Shown: positions 51,424-63,920, numbered from the whole stretch's first letter. The stretch is DNA of 63,920 bases, filler included, from Sphacelaria rigidula (GCA_964200075.2; 8 parts of 8 records of this genome joined end to end with filler, not necessarily neighbours in it); one strand, 5' to 3'. Program-made: numbers and translations. Notes: generated by a model from the sequence alone, not told the origin.

Positions 51424-52274
51424 GTGTGTGCTGCGCGCCGCGTGCTGTGCGATGTTTGTGTTTGACGGCTTGGTTTTCCGACCGATGTAGGACATCTATT
51501 TTCGTGATTCCTGTTTCATGACAACGAAGAACTGCCTTCTCTATTGAACATGGAGTTTGTTTCGTGCAACGTTGCAACGTTGGCGAGGCCACGGACCAAA
51601 CGAGCTGTAAACATCGAACACTGGGGACCTTGCAGGAGAAGAGCAAGCAGTCTATGATCAACGGATAATGCGTGCGACTTGACTGCGCAAACAATGGGAT
51701 GCACACGAGGTCGCTTTTGACTGCAGGGCTCGGTCCGCGTGTTGCATGAAAAACGGAACACGAAGGGCATCGTACGAGGCGATGCTAAGCTTCAAGATTT
51801 CTCATCCGTGATTCGATGATGTTCGCGGGCAGATGGTGCAGCTTGCAGCATCATGCAAGGATCTGGTAGAATTTGAAAGCTGGCCGATAAATACCCCAGC
51901 CTGAAGCTCCCCTTTCTTATATGCGGTCTTTCAGCCGATAGTTGGTGTTCCATAGACCATCCGCCTGTCGGCCTTTGGAGTGCCCGTGTTCAATCGCTCC
52001 GAGTAATTGATGTAGGTGCTGATGAGTCCGCATCTCCTGGTGTTCCACGATGACGGAAAGAAATAGTTTGAGCTTTTCTGTGTCGTTTTCGGACAGCTTT
52101 CTCGCGGTCTCTTGTGGAAGGTTTTCTCCAAAATAAATTGTTGTGAGATACTGTACTGAGTCTGTATGAAGAATTGAAAATTTTCTTCAATTGAAGACGT
52201 TTCTCACACGATCAGTTATGAAATGTTCCCACTTCCCAAAGTTGATGGAACTTGTTTTGAGACAAATGTATAGT

Positions 52275-52580
52275 ACAACGTTTTCGTGAGGTTGAGAGTA
52301 GAGCGCTGATTGAACGTGGCTTTAATAATTCGTTGTAACTTGAGCATTTTTTCATTCCGTGTGTGCTTTTCTTTGCCTCCATCACCGGCGTGCGCTTACA
52401 GCTACACGTCGAATATCCTACTCGGGAATATAAAGAGCCTCGGTGGCAAGCTACTGCGGAAAGCATATTTGGCCTGCGGGAGGGGCATTTCGGAACTGAA
52501 ATGATTCATTCACTAGTCGACCGGACCGTTCTTCACTCTCAAATTGTATCCCTTACTCTCAATCTCATGAAAACACTGTT
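52275..52580. mobile_element. MITE family C
   Basis: TIR ACAACGTTTTCGTGAGGTTGAGAGTA / TACTCTCAATCTCATGAAAACACTGT; colinear with 19621-19910. Confidence 0.8.
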
Positions 52581-53416
52581 AGTTTCGATACATGCTCGAA
52601 ATTTATGCCGGGGCTTCAGTCTGGACTCTGGAGACTCTTGTGTAAAGATGTAACGAGGAGCTCATGGCACTCGTGTTCGAGTACCAGCTTCACAAAAACG
52701 TTGTCATGGATACCGCTAGCAGTCAGATGGCCGTCGCTGACAACATTGAATCCTTCAAGACAAGGAATCATCGGGGACGGATAGTGACGTTGTTTTCGAC
52801 GATGAATTGCGTATTGTCTCGGCGGTCCCTCCTGTACACCGTGTGTAGCGTCTGACGTAAAGCTCGGAAATGGTACCAGTAATAGCTGGCCATTATCATT
52901 AAAATAGTATTGAATGGTGATGGTTATATGATTTTTTTGGATGACAGTTTGACAGTTTTAAAACATGATTCACCGTTACCGGCTTTGCCCTTGAAAATTG
53001 GCCCAAATTCAAGGTGTTTTTTAGCTCTAGTGAGGTCAAACCGCGTGACGACGTGTCTCTGGCGGGGGCCCCACGGCGGCTCCTCTGCCGCCGGGGCTTT
53101 TTGGCTCGCGGCTGCGCCGCTCGATGACCAAACCACTATGTCCCATTGAACTTCTTGATGGTTGGGCAATCCATTTCCAAGCTCTACAGTAGTCTGATAG
53201 CTATGCCGTGGTTCCTCTCCGCAACACGTTGTACTTGCTGTTCTGCTTCCTTTACTTTTGCATGTAATCTGCGAATCAGTAGTCCATGGCCGAGTACAAC
53301 ATCGCCTCCCGAAAGTAACACCCGTCAGCTGTGGACGTGCAAGAACTCCGTAATAAAAGAAGAAGCAATTTTCAAAAACTGTTCTAAGGGTGAAGAATGA
53401 AGTGTCCGGAAATTAC

Positions 53417-53888
53417 CAGGGCTATACACATTACACGTGCCATAGCGTTACACGTTACGTTCATGTTACGTTTTGGCCGAAACGTAACGTGAACGTTAAT
53501 TTTTTTTACGTGGTGAACATAACGTAAATGTAACGTTAAATTTTCAAATGTAACGTTATCGTAACGTTAAATAATTTTTACGTGATGAATGTAACGTGAA
53601 CGTGACGTGAAATTTTCAAATGGAACGTGAACGCAACGTTCATTTTTTTCACGTGACATACGTCAGGTAACGTGAACTTGAACGTGTACATGTATAGCCA
53701 AGTCTATACACTTTACACGTGCCATGGCGTTACACATTACGTTCACGTTACGTTTTGGCCAAAACGTAACGTGAACGCTGATTTTTTTTACGTGAACGTC
53801 ACGTAAATTTTTCAAATGGAACGTTAACGTAGGGTTATTGTTTTTTACGCGATGAACGTCACGTGAACGTGTAACGTGTATAGCCCTG
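53417..53888. mobile_element. hAT-like ACGT-rich MITE, head-to-tail dimer
   Basis: TIR CAGGGCTATACAC / GTGTATAGCCCTG; flanks GAAATTAC / GAAATAAC; internal junction TGTATAGCC-AAGTCTATACAC near 53700. Confidence 0.85.
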
Positions 53889-54849
53889 GAAATAACGCCT
53901 CTCTTTATAGTCTCAAACTACTGAGGGCGTTTCTCAAACTCCCAATGATGGAACTAGCCCGACAGTCCGTGCCGCCTGCAGAAACAAAGAAGCGATCTTG
54001 GGGAACGATCTCGTGGATGAATGCCAATCGAAAGTGGGGTGGACGCTCCCATGATTTTCAATACATATTGTCGGTTCAACTTTATTGAATGTAATACAAG
54101 CGTCACTCAGGTTGTAGTCCCGCCGCCTTGACACCCTTCTCCTGAAGCCCGCCCCACTCACGTCTGTCCAGCAAGGTAAACGTGACGCCGATGGGTATAG
54201 TCAGCGTGGACATCCGGCCTCAGCCACCGACGGAATGTACCCCCCATCTCGGTCCCATCCTTATGATAACACTATTGGACCGTCTACTGTATCTTTCCGC
54301 AATCGTTCGTGGAAAAACATGGGTTATGGCCGTCGATCTTCTACAGTCACAGTGGACCATTTTACCATATGCCTGCAGTTGCTGTGTGCTGTACTGTACC
54401 GTCTTCTTTTCTCTCTTTTTTCCCCTCTAGCAAGTGTCGTCCGTGCCTGTCTCTTTCTTTTCTCTTGATTTTTTTTTTTATGGCAACCGAGCCCCGTGCG
54501 TTTTCCATCCGTGACGCGTGTGTCTCCGTGCGATGAACGCTACAGTCATGTTGATTTGACCAAAGCGGGGCAAGGTAGGGGTGCGGCCGTCATTGTGGCC
54601 GCCGAGGTGACCGGAGGAGCTGCGTCGATTCCGGTGAGTGGTTTCGTGTGTTTTTAGTATGTTGCGATAGATCGATTGCTTTATATTATTGATTTGATTT
54701 TCACACAGACTGATGACGAGTATTGTCACGACGATCTTTTTTAGTCGCGGGGGATTTGATTTTCTTTGTTTTTTTCGAGAATCTACAATCAAATACGCTT
54801 TTTTCGAATGCGTCACTCTTTTTCTCGAGTGCACTTTGTCCGTGTATGT

Positions 54850-55213
54850 GTGTTGTTGTGTGTTGTCGTTCCACCTCTTCTGGACGCTGGGCTACCCTTT
54901 TCGGTATACGTGGGCGAACCAGCCGGGATCACGTAAGAGGAAGGTCAACACGGGAGCTTTTTCTTTCTTCTTTTTGTTTCTAGTAACGTCCGGTCGTTCT
55001 GGGGTGCTTGCATTTTTTTTTCAAATCGCGCGATGTGTTCAGTCGTCCCTTTCCAATCTCAACCGTTGTGTTGAGTATTGTATACCCACGATATAGTCGC
55101 TCTTCACTGTTGAGCATGGTGTGAGAAAAAATCCCAGATCGCTCGGAGAATTGAACCCACGACCCAACCGTCACACGATTCAGAGTTTACCAACTGAGCC
55201 ACCGGCGCGACCG
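54850..55213 (-). mobile_element. tRNA-derived SINE (uninterrupted copy)
   Basis: Minus-strand GGTGGCTCAGTTGGTA...GGGTTCAATTC; body homologous to 19562-20214. Confidence 0.7.
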
Positions 55214-55502
55214 GGAATATTCGTGTGTGTATCTTGTTATATCGCGATTTTACTCATATATATATATATATATATATATTTATTTATTTTCGAAACAAAA
55301 TGAAATGTCTTCTTTTCGTTTTGAGTGTCATTTTTTCCGATACATGTATCTTGTTTGTTTTCACGGATGAGTTTACGCACGTTTTTATTTGGTCGTTTGT
55401 AAAGTGGATGTTGCCTTTACTAGGACCCTCTCTTTTGCCTTCGTTCCTTTCTTGTTCCTCCATTTGTGTGTGTATTTTGGGGGGAACGACGTTCGCTCCC
55501 AG

Positions 55503-55699
55503 GCACCACCGAAGCAGGAATCGAGCGGCAGCGGCGTAACCGTAGGAAGATCCATATTCAACCTGGTGAAGAATATTGTGGGAGCTGGTATCCTGGCCAT
55601 CCCCGGGGGTGTAACTGCCTACTCTCAGTCTCAGGGTGCCGTGTACCCTACCATTGCAATCGTCATTGCGCTGGGATCCTTATCCGGATATTGCTTCAG
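55503..55699 (+). CDS. Exon of an amino acid/auxin permease (AAAP, Aa_trans) family transporter
   Basis: CCCAG| ... CAG|GTACTC; SIFNLVKNIVGAGILAIPGG is the TM1 signature, followed by TM2. Confidence 0.88.
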
Positions 55700-56018
55700 G
55701 TACTCGTATGCGTATGTTGTACCGACTTGTTTGTAATTATCTTCAGCATATACCTATTTTTAGTTCAATTGTTGTTGTACTGTTGATCCATTCCCCCCTC
55801 TCCTCTCCGCCTTGCTCCGTCTCGAGAGGGATGCGTGGTCAATGGTGGCTGTCATCCAAATGCGAGATAATCAGTAGGCTTCGGGCCGAACAATGTTGAC
55901 AGGGTGCAGCTCACCCTTNNNNNNNNNNNNNNNNNNNNNNNNNNNNNNNNNNNNNNNNNNNNTTAATTAATTAANNNNNNNNNNNNNNNNNNNNNNNNNN
56001 NNNNNNNNNNNNNNNNNN

Positions 56019-57211
56019 GCTGCTCCTCGCAGCCGTCGTATGGGGTAGCGGGAAGCAAGCGAGCGGAGTTCTGCTCCAAGCATGCGAGGTCGAGAATGGT
56101 GAACGTGATGCACAAGAAGTGCGGCTACGAGGGCTGCTCCACGCATCCGTCGTATGGTGTGGCGGGAAGTAAGCGAGCGGAGTTTTGCTCGAAGCATGCC
56201 AGAGCGGAAATGGTGAATGTGGTGCAGCAGAAGTGCGGCTACGAGGGCTGCTCCACAAGGCCGTCGTATGGTGTGGCGGGAAGTAACAGGGCGGAGTTCT
56301 GCTTCAAGCATGCGAGAACGGCAATGGTGAATGTGGTAACCAGGAGGTACAGCTACGGGGGCTGCTGCACACATCCGTCGTATGGTATTGCGGGAAGTAA
56401 GAGGGCTGAGTTCTGCTCCAAGCATGCCAGAGCGGAAATGGTGAATGTGGAAAACAAGAAGTGCGGCTACGAGGGCTGCTTCACAAGGCCGTCGTATGGT
56501 GTGGCGGGAAGTACAAGGGCGGAGTTCTGCTCCAAGCATACCAGGGCGGGAATGGTGAACGTGGTGAGCGGGAAGGGCGGGGAAGAGGAGTGGTTCGAAT
56601 TGACTGTCAATGAGAGGCACATCATTGATGAGGCAATGGTCTGCCGACAACATGACGCTGCAAGCAATACAGCTCAGGCGCCCGACACCGCAAGGCTTCA
56701 CTCTGGTGAGGGCACGCTCGTCCGTAACCCAACAAAGGATGATGGAGGAAGCGTCGCCGATGTACGAGGAACAAAACGCAAGCGCGCAGGATTCCCGAGT
56801 TCCGTTGCAAACGACGGTGTTAGTGCTTGCCGGAGTGCGTTCGCCGGCCCCAGGCAGGTTGTAAGAACCACGCCCCCAGCTTCAAGGGCTGGTGAATTTT
56901 TTTCAGAGGCGAGTGCAGTAGATTGGATGAAGGTAGAGCTAGCAGTCCGTTCTGCTACACACCGTGGTGATAGGGACAGGGAGGGTCACGAGCAGGCTGT
57001 CCGTTCGAGTGGTTGGACCAACGAAGGTCGTCGTAGTAGCGACATTGGTAGTGGTGGCGTGAGTTCGGGGCGGCTTTGTGGTTCGCCGGATATGGCACGT
57101 GAACGCCTGGGCACGTCTTGTGTGGACGTTGAACAGGCACAGGAGAATTCGAACGTGAAGTTGGAGCTAGGAGTGACCGGTCCTTCTCCTCGGGTATACG
57201 ATATATCGTAG
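56019..57211 (+). CDS. EsV-1-7 cysteine-rich repeat protein, 5'-truncated by the contig edge
   Basis: Tandem 38-aa (114-bp) repeats MVNVxxKKCGYEGCSTRPSYGVAGSKRAEFCSKHARAE then ~210-aa disordered tail to TAG. Confidence 0.88.
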
Positions 57212-58418
57212 ATGACTCTCTTTTCCCTGTACCGACCTCGTTGCTCAAGTTACGGGGGGAGTGTGTTGGCGTGTGCTCGCGTATTTTGTCAGCGCTTTCA
57301 ACCGAGAATTGGTCGGCAGGGTTTGTGTTTTTCTTTTCATGCGAAGCAGTTTGTGGGACTGTGGGGTCCTGACATATCAGCGCCACGTTCCACCAGTTGC
57401 GTCGAGGTGCGGTTGTCATACTTGCGTTGGTCGTGTGCTTTAGTGAAAATCTGCCAAGGGCTGGCCATTAAAGCATACACCGTAGCAGTCGGCAACGAAT
57501 GAACCGTGACACCACTGTTTGACTTCCAACTCCTACTTTCTCTCAACTATTTCTGACTGGAGCCATACTTACTCGTCACACTTGTTCATCTTGCAACAGT
57601 CTCAAACATCTCGTAGCAAGACGGAGTGTACAGCATTTTTTAGTGCAAGTTCTATTCGCTCTCACTTGACCAATGTTTCAAATTTGACCAATGTTTCAAA
57701 TATGTTGTTTCTGCCTGTAAACGTGTCCTGTGCTTACAGCTAAACAACAGACGATTATGTCAAATGTGGTTTTGCACCCAAATAAGGTTCAAGCCCAAAA
57801 ACAGTGCTTTCTCCACACTTTCAGCGATGGTGCCCGATGACTTTTTTCTCGTCCTAATGCCCCTCGGTCGCGTAGATACTATTTACTATATCAGCGCATT
57901 TTCCCGACTCCATGAGCTTACAGCGCAGACTAAAACCGTCATTTTCCCTGAATGTTGAAGGGGGGTGATATCAACGTTTGGCAAGAAAAAGCTGCGGCGA
58001 CCGTAAAAACAGACAGGTTCAACAATGTTTTCGTGAGAGTTGAAAATATGATGGAGAGTGAGGTCTTATTCGGACGACGGATCGCTTCCACGTTTCCGAT
58101 ACTGAGAGTTCAGATGTGTAGCATGAACATTCCTGCCACCCGTTGCGTGGATGGAATGGCAGAATAATCTTGAACAATGTTGCACGCTGGACCACAGGTC
58201 ACATTTGTAAAAAAAATGCACCGTTCAAGATGTCACCTTCAAAGTAGTTGAGTCGTGCGGTTCCAGTAAAATATACGATTGAGTCAAAATTTATTCGCCA
58301 GTGCAAAATCATGCCACCATTCGTTGTGTGGACGTGGAACTCGTTTGCGCTCGGATTCAGGAAAAAGGCGGCTCGTTTTTGACGAGACTGCGTTATCAAA
58401 TTCCACGCATTCGTCGGA

Positions 58419-59207
58419 AAAGGCTCGATTCTGTGTTGGGGAAGAATCGATGTTTTGTGCAGAAGCGGGAAGGATTTTCCCAGATGTTTATAGTGGTTGC
58501 AGTATCTAGAAGCCACTTCAGAACACATTGACATGCAAGATTGCCTGTGTGATGAACCAAGTGAGTCAGTTCAGTGTGGGAGAAGAAGTAAGGTACAAGG
58601 GCAAGTGCATCCACGATGAAGTGACAATAATGGTGTCTGGGTTGAAGTCGAGGTTTATGAGATCCGGGAGACGGGTGTGGTGCGACCATCAGTTGGTGAC
58701 AGCATCGCGAATCGATGTTGTCTGAGAGTTTTACAAGCGACGTCACCAAGTCACTAAGTCAGGACGGCATCACCGAATCACGAAATCAGGCCACCGGGGT
58801 GGGCGGATAGGGCAAACACAAGGTTAGGAGGAGAGAGTCGACACATCCCCAAGTCTACCCTCCTGTAAGGATCCCACATCAACATTCATGGGGTTGATAC
58901 ACGGGGGTAGTTCTGCGTCAGTTCCAGGCTTTTGCAGTTCTTTGCCAGCAAGGCGGATCGTGTCGAGTCGAACTGAGGTTACAGCAGTGGGCCTTTGATA
59001 CCTCGGACAATCGCGTTGGATAAGCAGGTTGTTGAATTGAACGACTTTTGGACAACGTAGGCAGCCGCGTCGATCGGACCGAGACTAAACTAGACGATAC
59101 CAATGCAGGTATAGAAAACTTGGTGATGCAGTGATGCAGCTCGCGAACATTGCGGCGGTTCGTCTGGTGAAGGACGTGTTGAACCGAGGAGTGTTGAACC
59201 GGCTGGC
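58419..59207 (+). repeat. Copy 1 of a long direct repeat (degenerate tyrosine-recombinase end and terminal region)
   Basis: 58419-58730 matches 63285-63597 and ~59030-59207 matches ~63745-63920. Confidence 0.85.
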
Positions 59208-59499
59208 CTCCCAGCGCTGCCTCTATTACACCAGCGGCTACAGCAGGTAGCATGTATCTCATGATGTGGCACCGGCGTAGCTCTGCCGTCCGGCCGTGGT
59301 GCCGTCAGGCAGGCCGGTTGCACGATAAGAGTAGCCTGGCGCGCTAGCCGGGCGCTAACGCGGCACGACGAATTTGCAGGTCCAGAACGACAGGGCGAAT
59401 TTGCAGGTGCTGGTTGGGATGATAATGGACACTGCAAGTCCGCCGATCGTACCGCTTTCGTTCCCGCTGGAGGTGGCGCGTGGCGCTCAGGGGCGGCAG

Positions 59500-62400
59500 C
59501 AAAGGCAATCGCCACAACAGTGAGCTGCTGATGCCTGGTTCCATAACTCACCTATATTCTGGTATGTTGGATGTACGTGTCGATGGTGGTTTCGGCGTTG
59601 CCGGGGTGTTCAAAAAGGTATGAAAATACAATTGCGTATCCTGATTGTGGAATATCGGCTGTCCCGCACCTCACCAGCTTACCTTGTTGCGTATGTATGA
59701 CGGTGATGTTGGGATGGTTGTCACCCGTCCGTATAGGCAAGGACTTATTTGGGTCTCAGGTGGATGTGCAAAGCACCCGTCCATAGTTCCGCGACTGGAA
59801 GAGGTTCCCTCGAATTTTTTCTGTTGGTGTGTGTGTCACAACGGGGGGTACCCAATGATGTCATGGCACGTGAGGATCTGGCTCATGCATTAGGGTGTGT
59901 GGATCATATGATGGCGTGTGCGTCTGAATGAGGCATTCGCGCTGGCGTTTGAGGTGAGGCGCGTCTTGGATATTACAAAGGTTTGTGTCTCCACATTGGG
60001 GGTTGTAGTGCACCATATATTTCGTATCATCTATGATCTCACCTTTTCCCTGGTTCATCGCCGCACACGAGTGTTGACGCGGACCCCGAGTTTCTACCGG
60101 CACTACCTCGTGAGATAGGCGGGATTTATACTAGGTCCTGCTACTTATTGTGTCCTTGCGGTAAAATTTGGCCCCTCCGCGCGCACTGTGATTAGTATAC
60201 TGTACTCGATGTCAAAGGGGCGTTTTCGCCAGGTGCTGTGGACTCGGCACGCGCCGCGTATTTCGGCTGTGCATTCGGGGATGTGGCTGTAGCTACCTGT
60301 GTTTGGAATTCGGGTGGCGCAGCTGTTTCAGCCTCCTCTGTGGCTGTGGCTACCTGTGTTGAGAACTCGGGTGGCGCAGCTGTTCAAGTCTCCTCTGTTG
60401 TTCTGTCCTACCTTTTCTGTTCCCCCTATTTTCTTCAGTAAGTGATTCAGTTGTTTTGTCCCGGGTACATCTATCATGTAACCGCCGTTGGATCCTTGGG
60501 GGGTCGGTTTATTTGCGGCTATCAAATCAAATCGAATCAAATCTTGGGGGGTCGGTTCATTTGCAGAAATTTAATCAAACCAAGTCGAATCAAATCAATT
60601 CTTGGGGGATCGTTTAGTTTGCGGCAATCGAATCAAATCAAATCAACTGGCAGCAGTCTCGGACTTTACGGCTTGATGACGGCTGCCTTTGAATATTCGG
60701 GTATCAGCATCCCCTTCTTTTTTCCGCGCATGCGGTGACAGACATCGGCCGCCGTGCGGTGACAGACATCGGCCGCCGTGCGGCTCAGTCTGTCAAGATA
60801 GCACGGCGGCGACAGGGGCGTATTGCCACTCTGTCCGTGAACGGTAAGGCAGTTCCGAGAGGGTGGCGGCAGGGTTGGTCATCCCTCTTGCATGTGCATC
60901 TACATTGATGGCGGTACACTGGTGTCTTTTTTTCCCCCAGACGGCGAATGATGTTTGGGGCGAGACCCTTATTTTATGGTCATGTGCGTTCTGAGCGAGC
61001 CTTGTTTGATGCAAAGAGCAAATATCGGCCTAGGATACAATACACGATTGGAAGTGCTGGGTTTGGTGATTGATGCTGACTCCCTCGTTATTTTGCATTC
61101 AGAGGCAAACAGCAACAAATTGCAAAGGCGTGGTTGCAGTGGCCTCGAGAACGCAAGGGTGTATCAGAGAAAGACATTTCGTCGTTGACTGGTTTTCTGC
61201 TGGACGTCTCGTTTATTTCACGCCCGGGGAAGCCCTTTGTTCACCGCATGCTCGCATCGGCTGGGGTGCGCCGCCCCTCCCTGTCCCGTGTTGTGACAGG
61301 GGATGTTTTCAAAGAGGGCGGCGACGAAGTCGCGAGCGATGATATTGGGCCCGAAATTTGATGATGATTCAGACGTGCGGCGTTGGCTGGTTGACGATGA
61401 ATTGTCGCTTTATAGAGCAGCATCATCATAATCCCGTGTGTATATATCCTCGTCCCGTGTTGTGACGGGGGATGCCTAAAAAAAGAAGAAGAAGAAAAGG
61501 GTGCCGACGATGGCGTGGGTGGTGGTATTGAGCCTGGAGTGTCATGATGATCTAGACGAGTGGCGTTGGTGGTGGTATTGAGCCCGGAGGTTCACGGTGA
61601 TCTTGCGTGTCGCGTTGCGTCGTTGACTATGGACTGTCACGGCGTGGAACAGCAATAACATCCCTGGTATAACGGTTGGTGTTGCACCTGCCAATGTTGT
61701 CTTTGCCTTCGGATGCGTCGGACGCGGCTGCCAGGTGCTATTGTTTGCCGTCGGGCATGTGGCGGCGGTGCGACTTTACCGCCGAGGAAAAACCCGCTGT
61801 TGAAGGTTCTACTGTGCACTCGGATGATGGTATTCGACCAATGCAATGAAACGATTGGGTACGGTAATGTCGGCGCCAGTAATATTTCTTCTGTGCAGGA
61901 GACGTCCACGGTTACGTGCTGGTTGCGTGCTGTTGTAAGGAGACAACTCGTACGCCGTAATGTGGGTATGAATAAGCGCAGAGCGGTAGGGAGCCGCGTT
62001 CGGGTGCTGCGATACGCATGCTTGGTGTGCGGAAATCGACTTGGGCTTGGTGTTGAGATGAAGCATGTTCCAGGAATTCCAATGATGTGGCTGAAGCAAT
62101 TTGTGGTGGCCCATGGATGGAGTGTCCGCTAACCTTTTGCCCCTCTGTCCCGGTATTCAATGGCATATGCAGGACATCAGGACAGAGTGGAGGCATCCGT
62201 TTTCAGGCTTTTGGAGTCGGGCTCGTCCAAACTGCCATCGCGCGGTCGTCTGCGAGAACGTGCTAGGGATATTCGTTCATTAAGAATACGTTGATGGAAT
62301 TGAAACGTGAGCGCGTTGTGATGAGAACATAGCAACGAGTTTGACGGCCGCTCCACTGTCGGTGCTGTTGGATGGGGAACATTTGTCCCTTGCGTGGGAC

Positions 62401-63560
62401 TCGGGTGATCACGTGTTGTAGTTGGGTATCTGTGCCTCCTTTCCCTTTGACGAGATCACATGGGATGTGTACCCATCCTGTTTCGTTCCCATCACCCAGT
62501 AAACCTGCGCGCAGAAGTGATTTGGCATTTATGGGGGAAAGACGCAGTTGCGTCGACGTGTTTGGAACAACGGGGGAGTTCTGATATGGACTCGGTATGA
62601 TGCGGTGACGGCGTTGCGGAAAGTGGCGGTGTTGGCTGGGCTAACGCCTGCAGAGTTGTGAATTGGTGGCACCAGACACTTGCCCGCAGCAGGAGTGACC
62701 TTAAGGATGTTGCAAAATAAGGTACGAGTAAATGCTATTTGCGGTTTGGGGTCAGAAGCTTTCGCCGATCGGCGTAGAAGTGGGATCAGTAGCCGGGTCA
62801 GGGCATGGATTAGAGGGACGAGTAGAGACCTCATTGGGGTAAGGCATGACGCCGAGTCACATGCTGGATGCTACATAAAAATAGTGGCAATGAAAGGGAT
62901 ATGGTAACATATGGTAAATGACTGGATAATGAAGAGTAGTACAGTCATGTGTCAACGAAGAGGATTGGATGCCGGAATTGGAGCCGAGACTAAGTTGTCG
63001 GTCACATGTGCACGGAAGTGTCTTGCCCCTACGGAATGGACTGCATTGGTGTGGCGGGGGAGAGCGTAGGGGAGACATGTTGTATCCGCGCGTCGGCTTA
63101 GGTTCTTGTGGAGGCTGGTGCGACTGCGCTCAGCGCAATCTCCAGATGGGAGCCAACGGTCGGATACGTGAGGAGTCACACTGTTTTTGAACGGGTGATT
63201 CATGAGGTTTTCCCTACCCACCCCCCACAAGCTGGGTTGGGGGTGGGAGTGCATAATGTGACAAAATTCGAAAGCAACTGCACAAAAGGCTCGATTCTGT
63301 GTTAGGGAAGAATCGATGTTTTGTGCAGAAGCGGGAAGAATTTTCCCAGATGTTTATAGTGGTTGCAGTATCTAGAAGCCATTTCAGAACACATTGACAT
63401 GCAAGATTACCTGTGTGATGAACCCAGTGAGTCAGTTCAGTGTGGGAGAAGCAGTAAGGCACAAGGACAGGTGCATCCACGATGAAGTGACAATAATGGT
63501 GTCTGGGTTGAAGTCGAGGTTTATGAGATCCGGGAGACGGGTGTGGTGCGACCATCAGTT
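59500..63560 (+). mobile_element. Highly degraded DIRS/Ngaro-like tyrosine-recombinase retrotransposon
   Basis: STLGVVVHHIFRIIYDLTFS (RT start), TRLEVLGLVIDA, LTGFLLDVSFISRPGKPFVHRML, MKHVPGIPM (RNase H), TIMVSGLKSRFM (cf. YR GRWxSxxF). Confidence 0.6.
60495..60646. repeat. Three ~50-bp units TTGGGGGGTCGGTT...ATCAAATCAAATC
   Basis: Direct reading; interrupts the degraded RT region. Confidence 0.8.
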
Positions 63561-63920
63561 GGTGACAGCATCGCGAATCGATGTTGTCTTGAGATTTTAT
63601 GTTGTCAGTACTTTGCTACTTCATCTCAGCCCCCTACCGACACGAACACAGTGCAACAGTGCAGGCGGACACAGCTCAACGCTTTTGTTTCGACAACTCT
63701 TCCCCTGAGATTCCTACGCCATCTTTGAGGTCACTGACTCTGGGTTGAATTGAACGACTTTAGGACAACGTGGGCAGCCGCGTCGATCGGACCGAGACTA
63801 AACTGGACGATACCAAGGCAGGTGTAGAAAGCTTGGCGATGCTGTGATGCAGCTCGCAAACATTGCGGCAGTTCATCTGGTGAAGTACGTGTTGAACCGA
63901 GGAGTGTTGAACCGACTGGC
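63285..63920 (+). repeat. Copy 2 of the long direct repeat, runs off the contig end
   Basis: See 58419-59207. Confidence 0.85.

Noticed and set aside
52015..52065. Hammerhead ribozyme (CTGATGAGTC...GACGGAAA)
   Set aside because: Extra G before GAAA and no supporting helices I and III
55967..56701. His/Arg-rich repeat ORF on the minus strand
   Set aside because: Antisense of the EsV-1-7 repeats and runs into the linker
56019..63920. Integrated phaeovirus segment
   Set aside because: Only one EsV-1-7 repeat gene and no viral core genes; the family is common in host genomes

Overview
Repeat-rich eukaryotic nuclear DNA, most likely from a brown alga (Phaeophyceae, stramenopile). This call rests on GT-AG introns, an EsV-1-7 repeat protein and an 'AHA-F' bipartite targeting peptide. 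The window is not contiguous: it is eight length-sorted contigs of 7902-7903 bp joined by 100-bp N/TTAATTAATTAA linkers, so adjacency across linkers means nothing. Contig 1 has a cluster of CACAC-ended DNA-transposon copies and a decayed Copia. Contig 2 has four exons of an RPAP3-like TPR gene with MITEs in its introns. Contig 3 has fold-back elements and a SINE carrying a nested MITE. Contig 4 has a near-complete chromodomain Gypsy element abutting a second Gypsy fragment. Contig 5 has an entire Copia in circularly permuted, single-LTR form, with apparently non-canonical LTR ends, a 75-bp leader array and a hAT-type MITE at both contig ends. Contig 6 has minisatellites. Contig 7 has exons of a probably plastid-targeted amino acid transporter and MITEs. 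Contig 8 has an EsV-1-7 repeat gene and a degraded, tandemly arranged DIRS/Ngaro-like retroelement. No convincing wholly new biological system is demonstrable from sequence alone; the permuted Copia is the most unusual structure. All family calls are from motif recognition, not database searches.
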